In this document: piece after piece, positions 8,080-16,528 of the stretch
How the letters are laid out: every line of letters begins with the position of its first letter
Numbering within the stretch: position 1 is the stretch's first letter
Virus record (IMG/VR): IMGVR_UViG_3300033067_000809
Span: 1 to 57,539 of that record
DNA from: a virus
Lineage: Duplodnaviria > Caudoviricetes
Strand: one strand, 5' to 3'
Length of the DNA stretch: 57,539 nt
Position numbers and translations under genes: made by a program
Notes under the pieces: generated by a model
Database searches by the model: none
What the model saw: the letters and a program-made list of their open reading frames with translations, nothing else
Told to the model about the DNA's origin: nothing

Positions 8080-8282
8080 AACGACTCTACTTTGCCTTTC
8101 TCCCACTGACCTACAAGCGCGAGGGCGGTGTCTGGTGGTTCAAAGACCTGGCAGCCCCTGAGCTGCAGTCCACCATCGACGCAATAGAACCCGTGTGCAC
8201 CGCGTTGCGGGTGTCTGACGAGTTCCCTGCGCACACGCTGCGCGACATCAAACCGCCGGCCGACGCGCTGGTCATCAAGTGA
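8076..8282 (+). CDS. Hypothetical protein
   Basis: GAGG SD; ATGA coupling. Confidence 0.65.
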   Translation: MKRLYFAFLPLTYKREGGVWWFKDLAAPELQSTIDAIEPVCTALRVSDEFPAHTLRDIKPPADALVIK

Positions 8283-8289
8283 GGTAACT

Positions 8290-9009
8290 ATGCCCGGAGC
8301 CGTCATCTACAAGGGTCGGTCACTGATCGACGACGGCCCCATCGCAGCGATCGCTGTGTGGGGCAGCACCAACACCAAGACCGGCGACATGCTGCAGGTC
8401 TACATCCTGCGCACGGACATGCATCCGATTGATGCCAACCGCACCGGTGCCGACGTCAGCATCTGCGGCGACTGCCCCCACAAGGGCGTGCCCACCGACA
8501 AGCCATCCGGCCTGGCCGCGCAGCGCGCATGCTACGTCACGATGACGCAAGGCCCCAGCCAGGTGTGGAAGTCATGGCTGGCTGGGCGGTACGCTGACGC
8601 CACCAGCGAAAGTAGACAAGCTGCAGTGGGGGCAGGCCGGTTCGTTCGCATCGGCGCCTACGGCGACGGCGCGGCAGTGCCGCCCATCGTGTGGGTAAAC
8701 CTGCTGCAGCACTCACTGGGGCACACGGCCTACTCGCACACCCGCGGGCTGGCCCACCCCCACATCTACATGGCGTCGGTCGGATCCCTCGACCAGGCCA
8801 ACGCCGCATGGCGCGACGGCTATCGGACGTTCCGCGTAGTTGCCGACACCACGGCACTGCAGCCCAACGAAATCGTCTGCCCGAACGAGACGCGAGGGGT
8901 TCAGTGCCGCGACTGCATGCTGTGCGGCGGCGCCAAGGTAGCCGCTAAATCCATCGTCATCACTGCCCACGGCTCGGGCAAGATCCATTTTCTCAAGAGG
9001 ACCTCATGA
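8290..9009 (+). CDS. Cys-rich conserved phage enzyme (possible Fe-S / radical-SAM-like)
   Basis: ICGDCPH...ACYV, RIGAYGD and CP...QCRDCMLC motifs; GAGG SD. Confidence 0.6.
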   Translation: MPGAVIYKGRSLIDDGPIAAIAVWGSTNTKTGDMLQVYILRTDMHPIDANRTGADVSICGDCPHKGVPTDKPSGLAAQRACYVTMTQGPSQVWKSWLAGRYADATSESRQAAVGAGRFVRIGAYGDGAAVPPIVWVNLLQHSLGHTAYSHTRGLAHPHIYMASVGSLDQANAAWRDGYRTFRVVADTTALQPNEIVCPNETRGVQCRDCMLCGGAKVAAKSIVITAHGSGKIHFLKRTS

Positions 9010-9455
9010 TTATCCCCAACATGCCATACATCAAGACCAACACGGTCAAGTACACCCACCGCACCCGCTCGGGCCTCCCAGCCCGGATTCTCTGCACGGA
9101 CTTCGGGGATTCCTTGCGACCGGTGCTCGCTGCCGTACAACACAGCGACGCATCCGAGTCCCTCGTGTTCCTCCTGGCGAACCTGAAAGTATCTGCCGGC
9201 ACCGATTCGCATTACGACCTCTTCGAGCGCACCCCCTGGGATGATGTCGCGGTGGACACGCCAATCTGGGTTTGCGACTACAAAGGCAGCCCGAGCCGGT
9301 GGGCCCCCCGGCACTTTGCCAAGTACGAAGGCGGCGTGGTGTTCACTTGGCTGGATGGCACGACAAGTCACACGGGCGACGGCGAGCAGCTAGTCGCTTG
9401 GGATCACGCTACCCTTGAGGACCCCAACAAACCGCCGTTTAAGCACGGCGTCTGA
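9006..9455 (+). CDS. Hypothetical protein
   Basis: GAGG SD; ATGA coupling. Confidence 0.75.
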   Translation: MIIPNMPYIKTNTVKYTHRTRSGLPARILCTDFGDSLRPVLAAVQHSDASESLVFLLANLKVSAGTDSHYDLFERTPWDDVAVDTPIWVCDYKGSPSRWAPRHFAKYEGGVVFTWLDGTTSHTGDGEQLVAWDHATLEDPNKPPFKHGV

Positions 9456-9464
9456 AAGCACTAC

Positions 9465-9701
9465 ATGAAACAGATCGACGACCTGACCCAGACCTTCACC
9501 GACATTCTCAAGGACGTTCGCGAGGTTCTCAAGCCTGGCGTCCAGCAGGCAGACCGCACTCGCATGGGCGACACGATTGACCGCTTCATCGATCTGCTGG
9601 CCGCCCAGGGCACCGAAGAGCCCGGAGAGCCCGACGAAGGCACCCCCAACGACTTCCGCGAGGACGTAGCAGAGGGCGAAATCGAGCCTGAGAATATGTA
9701 A
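9465..9701 (+). CDS. Acidic hypothetical protein
   Basis: ORF with D/E-rich tail. Confidence 0.7.
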   Translation: MKQIDDLTQTFTDILKDVREVLKPGVQQADRTRMGDTIDRFIDLLAAQGTEEPGEPDEGTPNDFREDVAEGEIEPENM

Positions 9702-9707
9702 GACCGA

Positions 9708-9731
9708 GCGCCCCAAAATAGGGGCGCCTTT
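9708..9731 (+). terminator. Hairpin GCGCCCC-AAAATA-GGGGCGC plus short U-tract, followed by TATAAT at 9735-9740
   Basis: Inverted repeat directly after a stop codon. Confidence 0.5.
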
Positions 9732-9764
9732 ATGTATAATTCATCACAATTCACAAAGGACGCC

Positions 9765-9971
9765 ATGCAACTCGAACACACACCATGCCGGGTTTATACA
9801 TACCGTGGGTTCACCGCGGTCCCACACCACATCAAGCGAAACGTGTACGTCATTCCAGGCGGGGCTGAGGTCTCCCTGGCCCAGCTCGAGCGCATTGAGG
9901 CGCCGTACACCACCCTCAGTCTGTGGGTTCGCCCCTGGGCGGTTGCGGCCAACTTGCAGAGGGCGAAGTGA
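9765..9971 (+). CDS. Hypothetical protein
   Basis: AAAGGA SD. Confidence 0.65.
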   Translation: MQLEHTPCRVYTYRGFTAVPHHIKRNVYVIPGGAEVSLAQLERIEAPYTTLSLWVRPWAVAANLQRAK

Positions 9972-10165
9972 TGCTCGGCATGTTCTCCAAGCCGACGCCA
10001 GAACGGCTGGCCGCCGACGAACTACAGGAGGCCCGCAGGCAGCTGCTTGCCTGGCAGACCGAACACGACAACGCCCACTGCCGCGTGTCGTACTACGAAT
10101 CCAAAATTCGCCGATTGACGGCGTTTCTCGCCAAGGAAAATTATGATCCAGAACAACATCGTTGA
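9971..10165 (+). CDS. Hypothetical coiled-coil protein
   Basis: Coupled to the upstream stop. Confidence 0.6.
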   Translation: MLGMFSKPTPERLAADELQEARRQLLAWQTEHDNAHCRVSYYESKIRRLTAFLAKENYDPEQHR

Positions 10166-10526
10166 GCAGCTTGACGCGCTGGCCGACCGCATCGAAGAGC
10201 GCCTCGAAAACTTGTCGCTCGTCTACAAAATGCCGCACTTGCCGCCAGCCGTTGGCGCGGTGGTTACTGTTGACAGCTGCACGAGCGCACTGCTGCAGAT
10301 GCTGCGCGCCGCGATGCCTCGCGGCGGTGATGACGAGCTCTCCGAGTTCCAACACGAGCTGCTCGAAAAAGCCACCCAGGTCGCGACCTCGTGCGTCTCA
10401 TCGGTCATGGAAAACATGATTTGCGTGCTCGCCCCGACCGACGAAGAGAAGCTGGCCGCCGACATCCTGCGCATCATCCAAATGCGCCACACGCTGCAAG
10501 CTGAAATCCTCCGAGGCGCCACATGA
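10143..10526 (+). CDS. Hypothetical protein
   Basis: AAGGA SD. Confidence 0.7.
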   Translation: MIQNNIVEQLDALADRIEERLENLSLVYKMPHLPPAVGAVVTVDSCTSALLQMLRAAMPRGGDDELSEFQHELLEKATQVATSCVSSVMENMICVLAPTDEEKLAADILRIIQMRHTLQAEILRGAT

Positions 10527-10708
10527 ACCTTCCGCTGCACGAACCTCGCTGCAGCCCTGACCAGCCAGGGGACTTTTGCCGGCGATGCGCCCGGTACGTA
10601 GGCCACCCCTGGCAGGTCATTGGTGTCGGCACACCCCAGGTGCGAATCCTGGGCCCCTGGTCCCCGACGTGCATGCGCGTCGCCATCGATCCGAAAGGAA
10701 AACCATGA
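10523..10708 (+). CDS. Small Cys-rich protein
   Basis: RC...CRRCARY; ATGA coupling. Confidence 0.6.
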   Translation: MNLPLHEPRCSPDQPGDFCRRCARYVGHPWQVIGVGTPQVRILGPWSPTCMRVAIDPKGKP

Positions 10709-10890
10709 GCAAAACAACGCAACCCGAATCGCCGCGGCGATGCTGCGACCACGACTGCAACCAAGGCGATGACTGCCCGGCGTTCAACCCCATCAGTCCT
10801 GTCTGGTGTGCGATCTACTACGCCGCCGCTATCGCCTTGAGCCTGCTTCTACTGTTCACCATCGTCAATGCCTGCTGGGGTGCTGCATGA
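10705..10890 (+). CDS. Small membrane protein (CCDHDCNQGDDCP plus TM helix)
   Basis: AAAGGA SD; recurring phage motif. Confidence 0.7.
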   Translation: MSKTTQPESPRRCCDHDCNQGDDCPAFNPISPVWCAIYYAAAIALSLLLLFTIVNACWGAA

Positions 10891-11099
10891 GCAGAGCCAA
10901 CAACGGCGGGCCGGCGTTTCCGGTCGGTAGCGGTGACATGCGCGACCCAACGGGTATGACCCTGCGCGACTACGCCGCCATCAAGGCCATGCAGGGATAC
11001 TTGACCCATGATGTCGTGGCAAACCAGTCAAACGAATTGATTGCCACATGGGCCTACCAAATGGCTGACGCCATGCTTCATGCAAGGGGGGCAGCATGA
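10887..11099 (+). CDS. Conserved phage protein (GGPAFP...GMTLRDY.A..AMQG family)
   Basis: Widely recurring phage motif; ATGA coupling. Confidence 0.8.
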   Translation: MSRANNGGPAFPVGSGDMRDPTGMTLRDYAAIKAMQGYLTHDVVANQSNELIATWAYQMADAMLHARGAA

Positions 11100-11413
11100 A
11101 CACACAGCAATCCAAAGCCCTGCGACTGGCCAACGACAACGAAATATGCGCGCTGGCTTGGCCTAAAAACAGCATAGCGCACAAGATCCACCAGGACACA
11201 GCCGCCGAGCTGCGCCACCTGCACGCCGCTAACCTCGACTGCATGGAATGGTACGAGGCAGTCAAAAGTGAGCGCGACGAGCTACTGGAGGCGCTGAAAG
11301 CTATGGTCGCGTTAGACGAAGATCAGCATCAGAGGCATCAAGGCGACGAGGATGTTTGCCGGGAAGTACAGCAGGCCCGCGCCGCCATTGCAAAAGCAGG
11401 AGGTGCAGCATGA
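11096..11413 (+). CDS. Modular hypothetical (AAELRHLH / ELLEAL / ARAAIAKA)
   Basis: ATGA coupling; shared modules. Confidence 0.75.
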   Translation: MNTQQSKALRLANDNEICALAWPKNSIAHKIHQDTAAELRHLHAANLDCMEWYEAVKSERDELLEALKAMVALDEDQHQRHQGDEDVCREVQQARAAIAKAGGAA

Positions 11414-11856
11414 GCACACACCAACCGGAAGTCATGAAATGGGCCGTCTATCTTGAGGGGTTCTTCATTAGTGAGGAGGTGAGCGCATCGACGGCAAGAA
11501 AAATTGCTGCTGAGCTGCGCCGCCTTCACCAGCAGGAACTGGCGCTGATCGAGTGGCTTGACAAGACCGAGTGGGTCCAGGCATCCATCCAGGCAAAAGA
11601 GCTCGGCCAGCATCGTGCGGATGTCATCAAACAGCGGCTCGACCTCGTGACTGGCCAGCGCGATGAGCTGCTGCATGCGGCAAAGCGGATGCAAGCCTGG
11701 GTCTTGGTGCTACTGAACCACCTGGACGTCGAACTGGACAGCTTCGAGATGGAGCTGTCCAACTCAAAGACGGGGGACTCTGTAACTCTCAGTCTGAAAG
11801 AGTATTTTGACGAAGCCAGCGCCGCCATTGCCAAAGCCACCAAGGAGGGAGCATGA
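11410..11856 (+). CDS. Modular hypothetical (AAELRRLH / QRDELL / AAIAKAT)
   Basis: GGAGG SD; ATGA coupling. Confidence 0.75.
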   Translation: MSTHQPEVMKWAVYLEGFFISEEVSASTARKIAAELRRLHQQELALIEWLDKTEWVQASIQAKELGQHRADVIKQRLDLVTGQRDELLHAAKRMQAWVLVLLNHLDVELDSFEMELSNSKTGDSVTLSLKEYFDEASAAIAKATKEGA

Positions 11857-12104
11857 GCCGGTACGACAAGATCGACAGCCTGATCGTTCAGGCGATCAAG
11901 AGCGGAAGCAGCACGCTCCTGTGGATCTTTCGCGGGGTCGTCAGAGCCGAGGCAGACAGGCTGCACGAGGAAGACCGGAAAGTTCGCAAGCACGACGCAA
12001 GGTCGGCCATCCTATTTGTCCACTCCCGCCTGCAGGCGCTGCGCAAGCGCGGCCTGATCGTCCACGTCAGGGGCTGGGGCTGGCGCGCGCAGGAGGCAGC
12101 ATGA
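11853..12104 (+). CDS. Hypothetical, possibly winged-helix (RLQALRKRGLI)
   Basis: AAGGAGG SD; ATGA coupling. Confidence 0.7.
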   Translation: MSRYDKIDSLIVQAIKSGSSTLLWIFRGVVRAEADRLHEEDRKVRKHDARSAILFVHSRLQALRKRGLIVHVRGWGWRAQEAA

Positions 12105-12490
12105 CCCAGCGGCACACGCCAGGGCCGTGGCGCACGGTGCCGTTCATTTGCCACGGATCACGCATCGGGATTCAGGATGCAGACGGGAAGTGGGTCGGCG
12201 AGGAAGGCTACCAAGAAGTGCATCACATCCCACGGTTCAGCCCGGCGCACGCGCGCCGCATCGTGGCTTGCGTCAACGCCTGCGAGGGCTACGAAACCGA
12301 AACGCTGGAAACCGTCAACCTGATCGAATCGGCGTATGCCGCCAATGGGCGTGAGTTTGAGCTGACGCGCCAGCGCAACGAGCTACTGGAGGCACTGAAA
12401 TGGACGACGACAATGGACGCAGATCAAGATGATGATGGATGGGAGCAGGTTCATGACGCCATCGACAGGGCGGAAGGTGGTGCAGCATGA
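12101..12490 (+). CDS. Modular hypothetical (HTPGPW...ARRIVACVNACEG...QRNELLEAL)
   Basis: GGAGG SD; recurring phage motifs. Confidence 0.8.
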   Translation: MTQRHTPGPWRTVPFICHGSRIGIQDADGKWVGEEGYQEVHHIPRFSPAHARRIVACVNACEGYETETLETVNLIESAYAANGREFELTRQRNELLEALKWTTTMDADQDDDGWEQVHDAIDRAEGGAA

Positions 12491-12528
12491 GCGCCGCCAT
12501 CGCCGAAATCACAGGGGAACCCAAATGA
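12487..12528 (+). pseudogene. 13-codon remnant MSAAIAEITGEPK
   Basis: Coupled start fused directly to the AAIA(K/E).TGE C-terminal module. Confidence 0.45.
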
Positions 12529-12575
12529 ACTGCCCGGCCCGGGCAATCAGCACTCACCAAGGCCGGGTTGCCGCG

Positions 12576-13391
12576 TCAGTTGACCCGCGTGTTGGTGTTC
12601 GTGTTGACCGGGTTCGCCGTGAGCGTGCCTGCGCCGATGTTGATCGCCTGGTTGGTAGCGCGGATGCTCTGCACGGCGTCGTTGAGCAGGCCGAACATGT
12701 TGTTGAACTGGGCCTGCTGCTGGGCCTGCTGCTGCGCCTGGTTGACCGTCTGGGTGACCGTGATCTCGTTGTCGCGGGCGCGGCGGTTGGACCGCTCGTC
12801 GCTGCGCAGCTCGATGATGGCCGCATTGGCTTCGGCCAGCTGGCGGTTCAGCGTGGCTTCGTACTGGGCCGTGATGAGCGCCCGGGTGCGGTCTCCGTCG
12901 GCAGTGATGTTCTGCGACAGCGCGTATCGGTTCTCCAGCGTGGTCTTCTCCAGGCCGTTGAGCTGCTGCGCGAGCACCATAGCCATGGCGTTCACGGCCT
13001 CCTTGGTGCTGTCGACGCGGGCGGCCAGCGAGGACGCCACGTTGTTGAGCTGGGAGACGATGCCCGCAGACTGCGCAGCTTGCGAGGCTTCCATGGCAGC
13101 CGTGGAGACGGCGACCGCCTTGTCCACCTGGCCGATACCGGCCATGAGGTCCATGTTGGCCTGGTTCTGCTCCGGGGGGTTGCGCAACACAGCACCACCG
13201 ACCACACCGTCGGCGCCGTTGCCGCCGAACAGGCCGCCATTACCCTGGCGCAGCAGCGAGCCGAGGATCAAACCGCCGATCAGGCCGCCGCCACCGCCGC
13301 CACCGAACAGACCACCGCTGTCGCCGCCACCCTTGGTGGCCATCGACATCAACATCGGGCCCAGCCCGTCCATACCAGAGGATTCAGCCAT
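12576..13391 (-). CDS. Gly-rich hydrophobic N-terminus plus long coiled-coil and Q/N-rich tail (271 aa)
   Basis: GGAG SD 6 nt before ATG 13391; protein-like composition; hairpin TGCCCGG-C-CCGGGCA (12531-12547) downstream. Confidence 0.85.
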   Translation of the reverse strand: MAESSGMDGLGPMLMSMATKGGGDSGGLFGGGGGGGLIGGLILGSLLRQGNGGLFGGNGADGVVGGAVLRNPPEQNQANMDLMAGIGQVDKAVAVSTAAMEASQAAQSAGIVSQLNNVASSLAARVDSTKEAVNAMAMVLAQQLNGLEKTTLENRYALSQNITADGDRTRALITAQYEATLNRQLAEANAAIIELRSDERSNRRARDNEITVTQTVNQAQQQAQQQAQFNNMFGLLNDAVQSIRATNQAINIGAGTLTANPVNTNTNTRVN

Positions 13392-13487
13392 AGCAAACTC
13401 CAAAACCACTGCCACATCGGCAGCCAGAACATTTAGCACTAAAGCAATTCAAAACGCATTAGGGTAAACCCGCACAAGGAGAAGAAA

Positions 13488-14129
13488 ATGAGCCTACTTT
13501 CCGCAGCCGCCGACGACGAGGACGGCGACACCATCAACGCCCTGCGCGTCGCAGTCCAGCAGGCGTGCGACTGGATTTCCGAGGAGCCCAGCCGCCGGCC
13601 GATCAGCGCTGGCCACTTGCTCGCCATCCTCACCAATGCGCTGGCCGCCGCGCCGCTGCTGCCGAGCGACCATTGCGAGCAACACCTCGACATGGTGCCG
13701 GCGGTGCCTACGGCGTCCATGATGAACGAATGGTGCGACGCGGAGTGCGCCGCCTCCCCACATCTGCACCAGTCTGATGCGATGAAAGCTGGATACCGCG
13801 CCATGCTCGACGCCGCGCCGCAGCCGCCAACTGCCGAGGATTCCTCGGTGGTTGTTCAGCCGCAAGGCGAGCAAAAGCCGGTAGGAGAAGCTGGGCCAAT
13901 GCCCGTTGCAAAGGGCTTCACGATGGCCTGCTTCCCTGCAAGTGACGTTCCTGTTGGTACCAAACTCTACGCCGTGCCGCAGCCCAAGCGCGAGCCGCTG
14001 ACGGATGAGCAGATCGCAGAAGTCCTGATAGATGAGACAAACGGGCGATCTACCGGAATCGGATTCAAGACCCTACGCGCTTTTGCCCAAGCCATCGAGC
14101 GCGCCCACGGGATCAGGGGTGAGGCATGA
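13488..14129 (+). CDS. Mosaic hypothetical (YRAMLDAAP, REPLTDEQI, FAQAIERAHGI modules)
   Basis: AAGGAG SD. Confidence 0.75.
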   Translation: MSLLSAAADDEDGDTINALRVAVQQACDWISEEPSRRPISAGHLLAILTNALAAAPLLPSDHCEQHLDMVPAVPTASMMNEWCDAECAASPHLHQSDAMKAGYRAMLDAAPQPPTAEDSSVVVQPQGEQKPVGEAGPMPVAKGFTMACFPASDVPVGTKLYAVPQPKREPLTDEQIAEVLIDETNGRSTGIGFKTLRAFAQAIERAHGIRGEA

Positions 14130-14326
14130 CACCGATTGAGTTCCCGGCTGGCGTCGGTAGCTGGCCGAAAATCGTGATGGCCGAGCACATCGAGACCATC
14201 GAGCGCAACCCCTACGATAGCGAGCAGTGCGTCTTGGTGCTGACCAGCAAGCGTCGCATCGACATCGGATGCACACCCCAAAAGGCCGCGCAGATGATCC
14301 GCACTGCAACCGGGGGTGAGGCATGA
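14126..14326 (+). CDS. Hypothetical protein
   Basis: GGGGTGAGGC-ATGA junction. Confidence 0.65.
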   Translation: MTPIEFPAGVGSWPKIVMAEHIETIERNPYDSEQCVLVLTSKRRIDIGCTPQKAAQMIRTATGGEA

Positions 14327-14508
14327 ACACACAATGCAAAGGCTGTGCAATGCACTGGAACGCAGGAAGAAGGCATCCTGGTCCCGGCTTGAAAAAGTAC
14401 AACGACTGGTGTTGTGCAAGAGGCGGTCCAGCAAACGTCGGATGGTGCAAGACCCATAACGCAAAAGTACTGCCTGCTAACGCACACAAGATTGGGGGTA
14501 ACGCATGA
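14323..14508 (+). CDS. Small Cys-rich protein
   Basis: CKGC...WCC...WC; same junction sequence. Confidence 0.65.
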   Translation: MNTQCKGCAMHWNAGRRHPGPGLKKYNDWCCARGGPANVGWCKTHNAKVLPANAHKIGGNA

Positions 14509-14873
14509 CCCGAGATGACACCATCCGCATGGCGCGGGAAGCCGGGTTCAGAGAGCCTAACCCTCACGACGGCTGCCTGGGGCTGGCATACGACTACCGC
14601 GACGGCACGGATACAGGTGCAAGTCTTGAGCGCTTCGCCGCCCTAGTCGCCGCTGCCGAGCGCGAAGCGTGCGCAATAACCGCGTGGTCGGCAGGCATGG
14701 ATGCGCACAATGCCGCACGAGGTCTTCCATGTGATGCGCGAGACGTTGGATCAAAAGCAGCATCAGCCATCCGAGCAAGGGGCGAGCCAGCAACACGCGA
14801 AGAGCGGCGTGCGCACGACGAGCGCTATCTGCAGGCAACGGTCGAACAGACCAGGACTGGTAGGTTCGCATGA
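14505..14873 (+). CDS. Hypothetical (IRMAREAG...LERFAALVAAAEREAC family)
   Basis: Recurring phage motif; ATGA coupling. Confidence 0.75.
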   Translation: MTRDDTIRMAREAGFREPNPHDGCLGLAYDYRDGTDTGASLERFAALVAAAEREACAITAWSAGMDAHNAARGLPCDARDVGSKAASAIRARGEPATREERRAHDERYLQATVEQTRTGRFA

Positions 14874-15118
14874 CCACCCAGCCCATAACACTCGAGCAGC
14901 TGGCGCGCCTGTATGGCGCGCGCAACGCGGCCAACGCCGACATGTCTGCGGCCCTGCGTGTGGGCGGACCTAGGCGTGTTGCAGAGGCCAAAGCCGCCGC
15001 AGGAAAGCTCAACATCGCCTACGAGGCGGCACGCAAGGCGTACAAGCGCCAGCAGAAAGCCGCAAACCATGCTGCGCAAATTAGTTTTTACCTAGATGCA
15101 CTGGAGAACCAAAAATGA
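14870..15118 (+). CDS. Hypothetical protein
   Basis: ATGA coupling on both sides. Confidence 0.65.
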   Translation: MTTQPITLEQLARLYGARNAANADMSAALRVGGPRRVAEAKAAAGKLNIAYEAARKAYKRQQKAANHAAQISFYLDALENQK

Positions 15119-15564
15119 TACTGAATGTCAAGAAGACTCACCCCGATGCGGTTTTGCCACACTATGCCACCAGTGGCGCTGCCTGCCTCGACCTTCATGC
15201 GGCCACGGTGACTGGCCCACTGCTGCCCGGCAATGCTGTTGTTGTGGGCACAGGCATGGCCTTCGAGATCCCGCATGGGTATGTCATGCTGGTGTTCAGC
15301 CGTTCAGGCCACGGGTTCAACCACGACATCCGCCTGGCCAACTGCGTTGGCGTGATCGACAGTGACTATCGGGGTGAGGTCATGCTGAAACTGCGGAACG
15401 ACCGTTCTGCTGAAGACGAACGCCCGGCAATCGCGATTCGCCCTGGCGATCGTGTGGCCCAGGCCATGATCATCCCAGCACCTAACGTCGATCAGATTCG
15501 GGTGGTTGATGAGCTCAGCAGCACCGAGCGCGGTGCCGGCGGCTTTGGAAGCACTGGAGCGTGA
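15115..15564 (+). CDS. dut: Trimeric dUTPase
   Basis: AACLDL, SRSG, GVIDSDYRGE, DRVAQ and RGAGGFGSTG motifs. Confidence 0.97.
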   Translation: MILNVKKTHPDAVLPHYATSGAACLDLHAATVTGPLLPGNAVVVGTGMAFEIPHGYVMLVFSRSGHGFNHDIRLANCVGVIDSDYRGEVMLKLRNDRSAEDERPAIAIRPGDRVAQAMIIPAPNVDQIRVVDELSSTERGAGGFGSTGA

Positions 15565-16088
15565 CCATGGCTACTAGCAAACGCCCTCGCAAGAAGTACC
15601 GCCCCCAGCCGTCGATGCTGGCCAACCCGCTCGAGTATGTGCTTGATGGGTTTACCCCGCTGACGCAGCAGTCTGACTACGTCGCGAAGTGGGAGCTGCA
15701 GGTTCACACTTCCCTGGACTCCTTGCTCCGGGGCACGGGCACACCACGGGATATGTCCGTCATGATTGGAACTCAGTCGCTTTGCGCTGCGGTTCTGGCC
15801 AAGCTCAAGCGCGGCGTCGAGTATGTCGACGTGCTGGCCGAAGCACACCAGGCCATTGCGGCGCTTGCAGACCGCTACCCGGCAGAGAAACAATACGTAT
15901 GCCGGACCAACGAGGGCGAGGCGCTGCGCACATTGGTGGAGCTGCTGGAAGCCTACATCGACACGCTGTCCGTGCGTGACATGGAGCAAGTCCGGGCGGT
16001 CGCACTGCGCAACATGCGCGGCGTGGTGTCCAACAATGGGCAGCCGACAGGAAACACCCGGATTCCGGGTATGGGGGTGCGAGTGTGA
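15561..16088 (+). CDS. Hypothetical (KRPRKKYRP N-terminus)
   Basis: Coupled ORF. Confidence 0.7.
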   Translation: MTMATSKRPRKKYRPQPSMLANPLEYVLDGFTPLTQQSDYVAKWELQVHTSLDSLLRGTGTPRDMSVMIGTQSLCAAVLAKLKRGVEYVDVLAEAHQAIAALADRYPAEKQYVCRTNEGEALRTLVELLEAYIDTLSVRDMEQVRAVALRNMRGVVSNNGQPTGNTRIPGMGVRV

Positions 16089-16118
16089 CACGCGACGACA
16101 CCCGAGCAAGGGGCCGCC

Positions 16119-16313
16119 ATGCGATGCCCTGACTACAAATGCGGCGGCGCTACACGCGTGATCGAAACTTTCCCAGACGTGGAAGAGACCCACCGCCTGC
16201 GGGTCTGCAAAGTCTGCGGTGCGAAATTCTTAACCCAGGAAACCACGACCCCGATGAATTACCTCTCCCAGCTGCGACACGACAAGGAAGTGCGCTACGG
16301 GCGGATAAAGTAA
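16119..16313 (+). CDS. NrdR-N-like zinc-ribbon protein
   Basis: MRCP..CGG.TRV.ET...RLRVCKVCG.KF.T.E. Confidence 0.75.
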   Translation: MRCPDYKCGGATRVIETFPDVEETHRLRVCKVCGAKFLTQETTTPMNYLSQLRHDKEVRYGRIK

Positions 16314-16321
16314 GGATCAAT

Positions 16322-16528
16322 GTGAACATCAAAGTCAACACCGCGCGCACTGCGGCGGTCGCCCAGGACCATTTCTGGATCGACGTGAAGCGCACACCGC
16401 CGCCGGTAGGCGTCAAGCTGCTGCTCATCGACAAGCGCCTCGGCAGCGCCTGCCTGGGCACATACAGCAAGCACCACGGGTTCACCCACTGGCAAGCACT
16501 GCCAAAATTCAAGGAGTCAGAAGCATGA
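16322..16528 (+). CDS. Hypothetical (PP.GVKLLL...THWQALP)
   Basis: AAGGA SD before GTG. Confidence 0.65.
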   Translation: MNIKVNTARTAAVAQDHFWIDVKRTPPPVGVKLLLIDKRLGSACLGTYSKHHGFTHWQALPKFKESEA

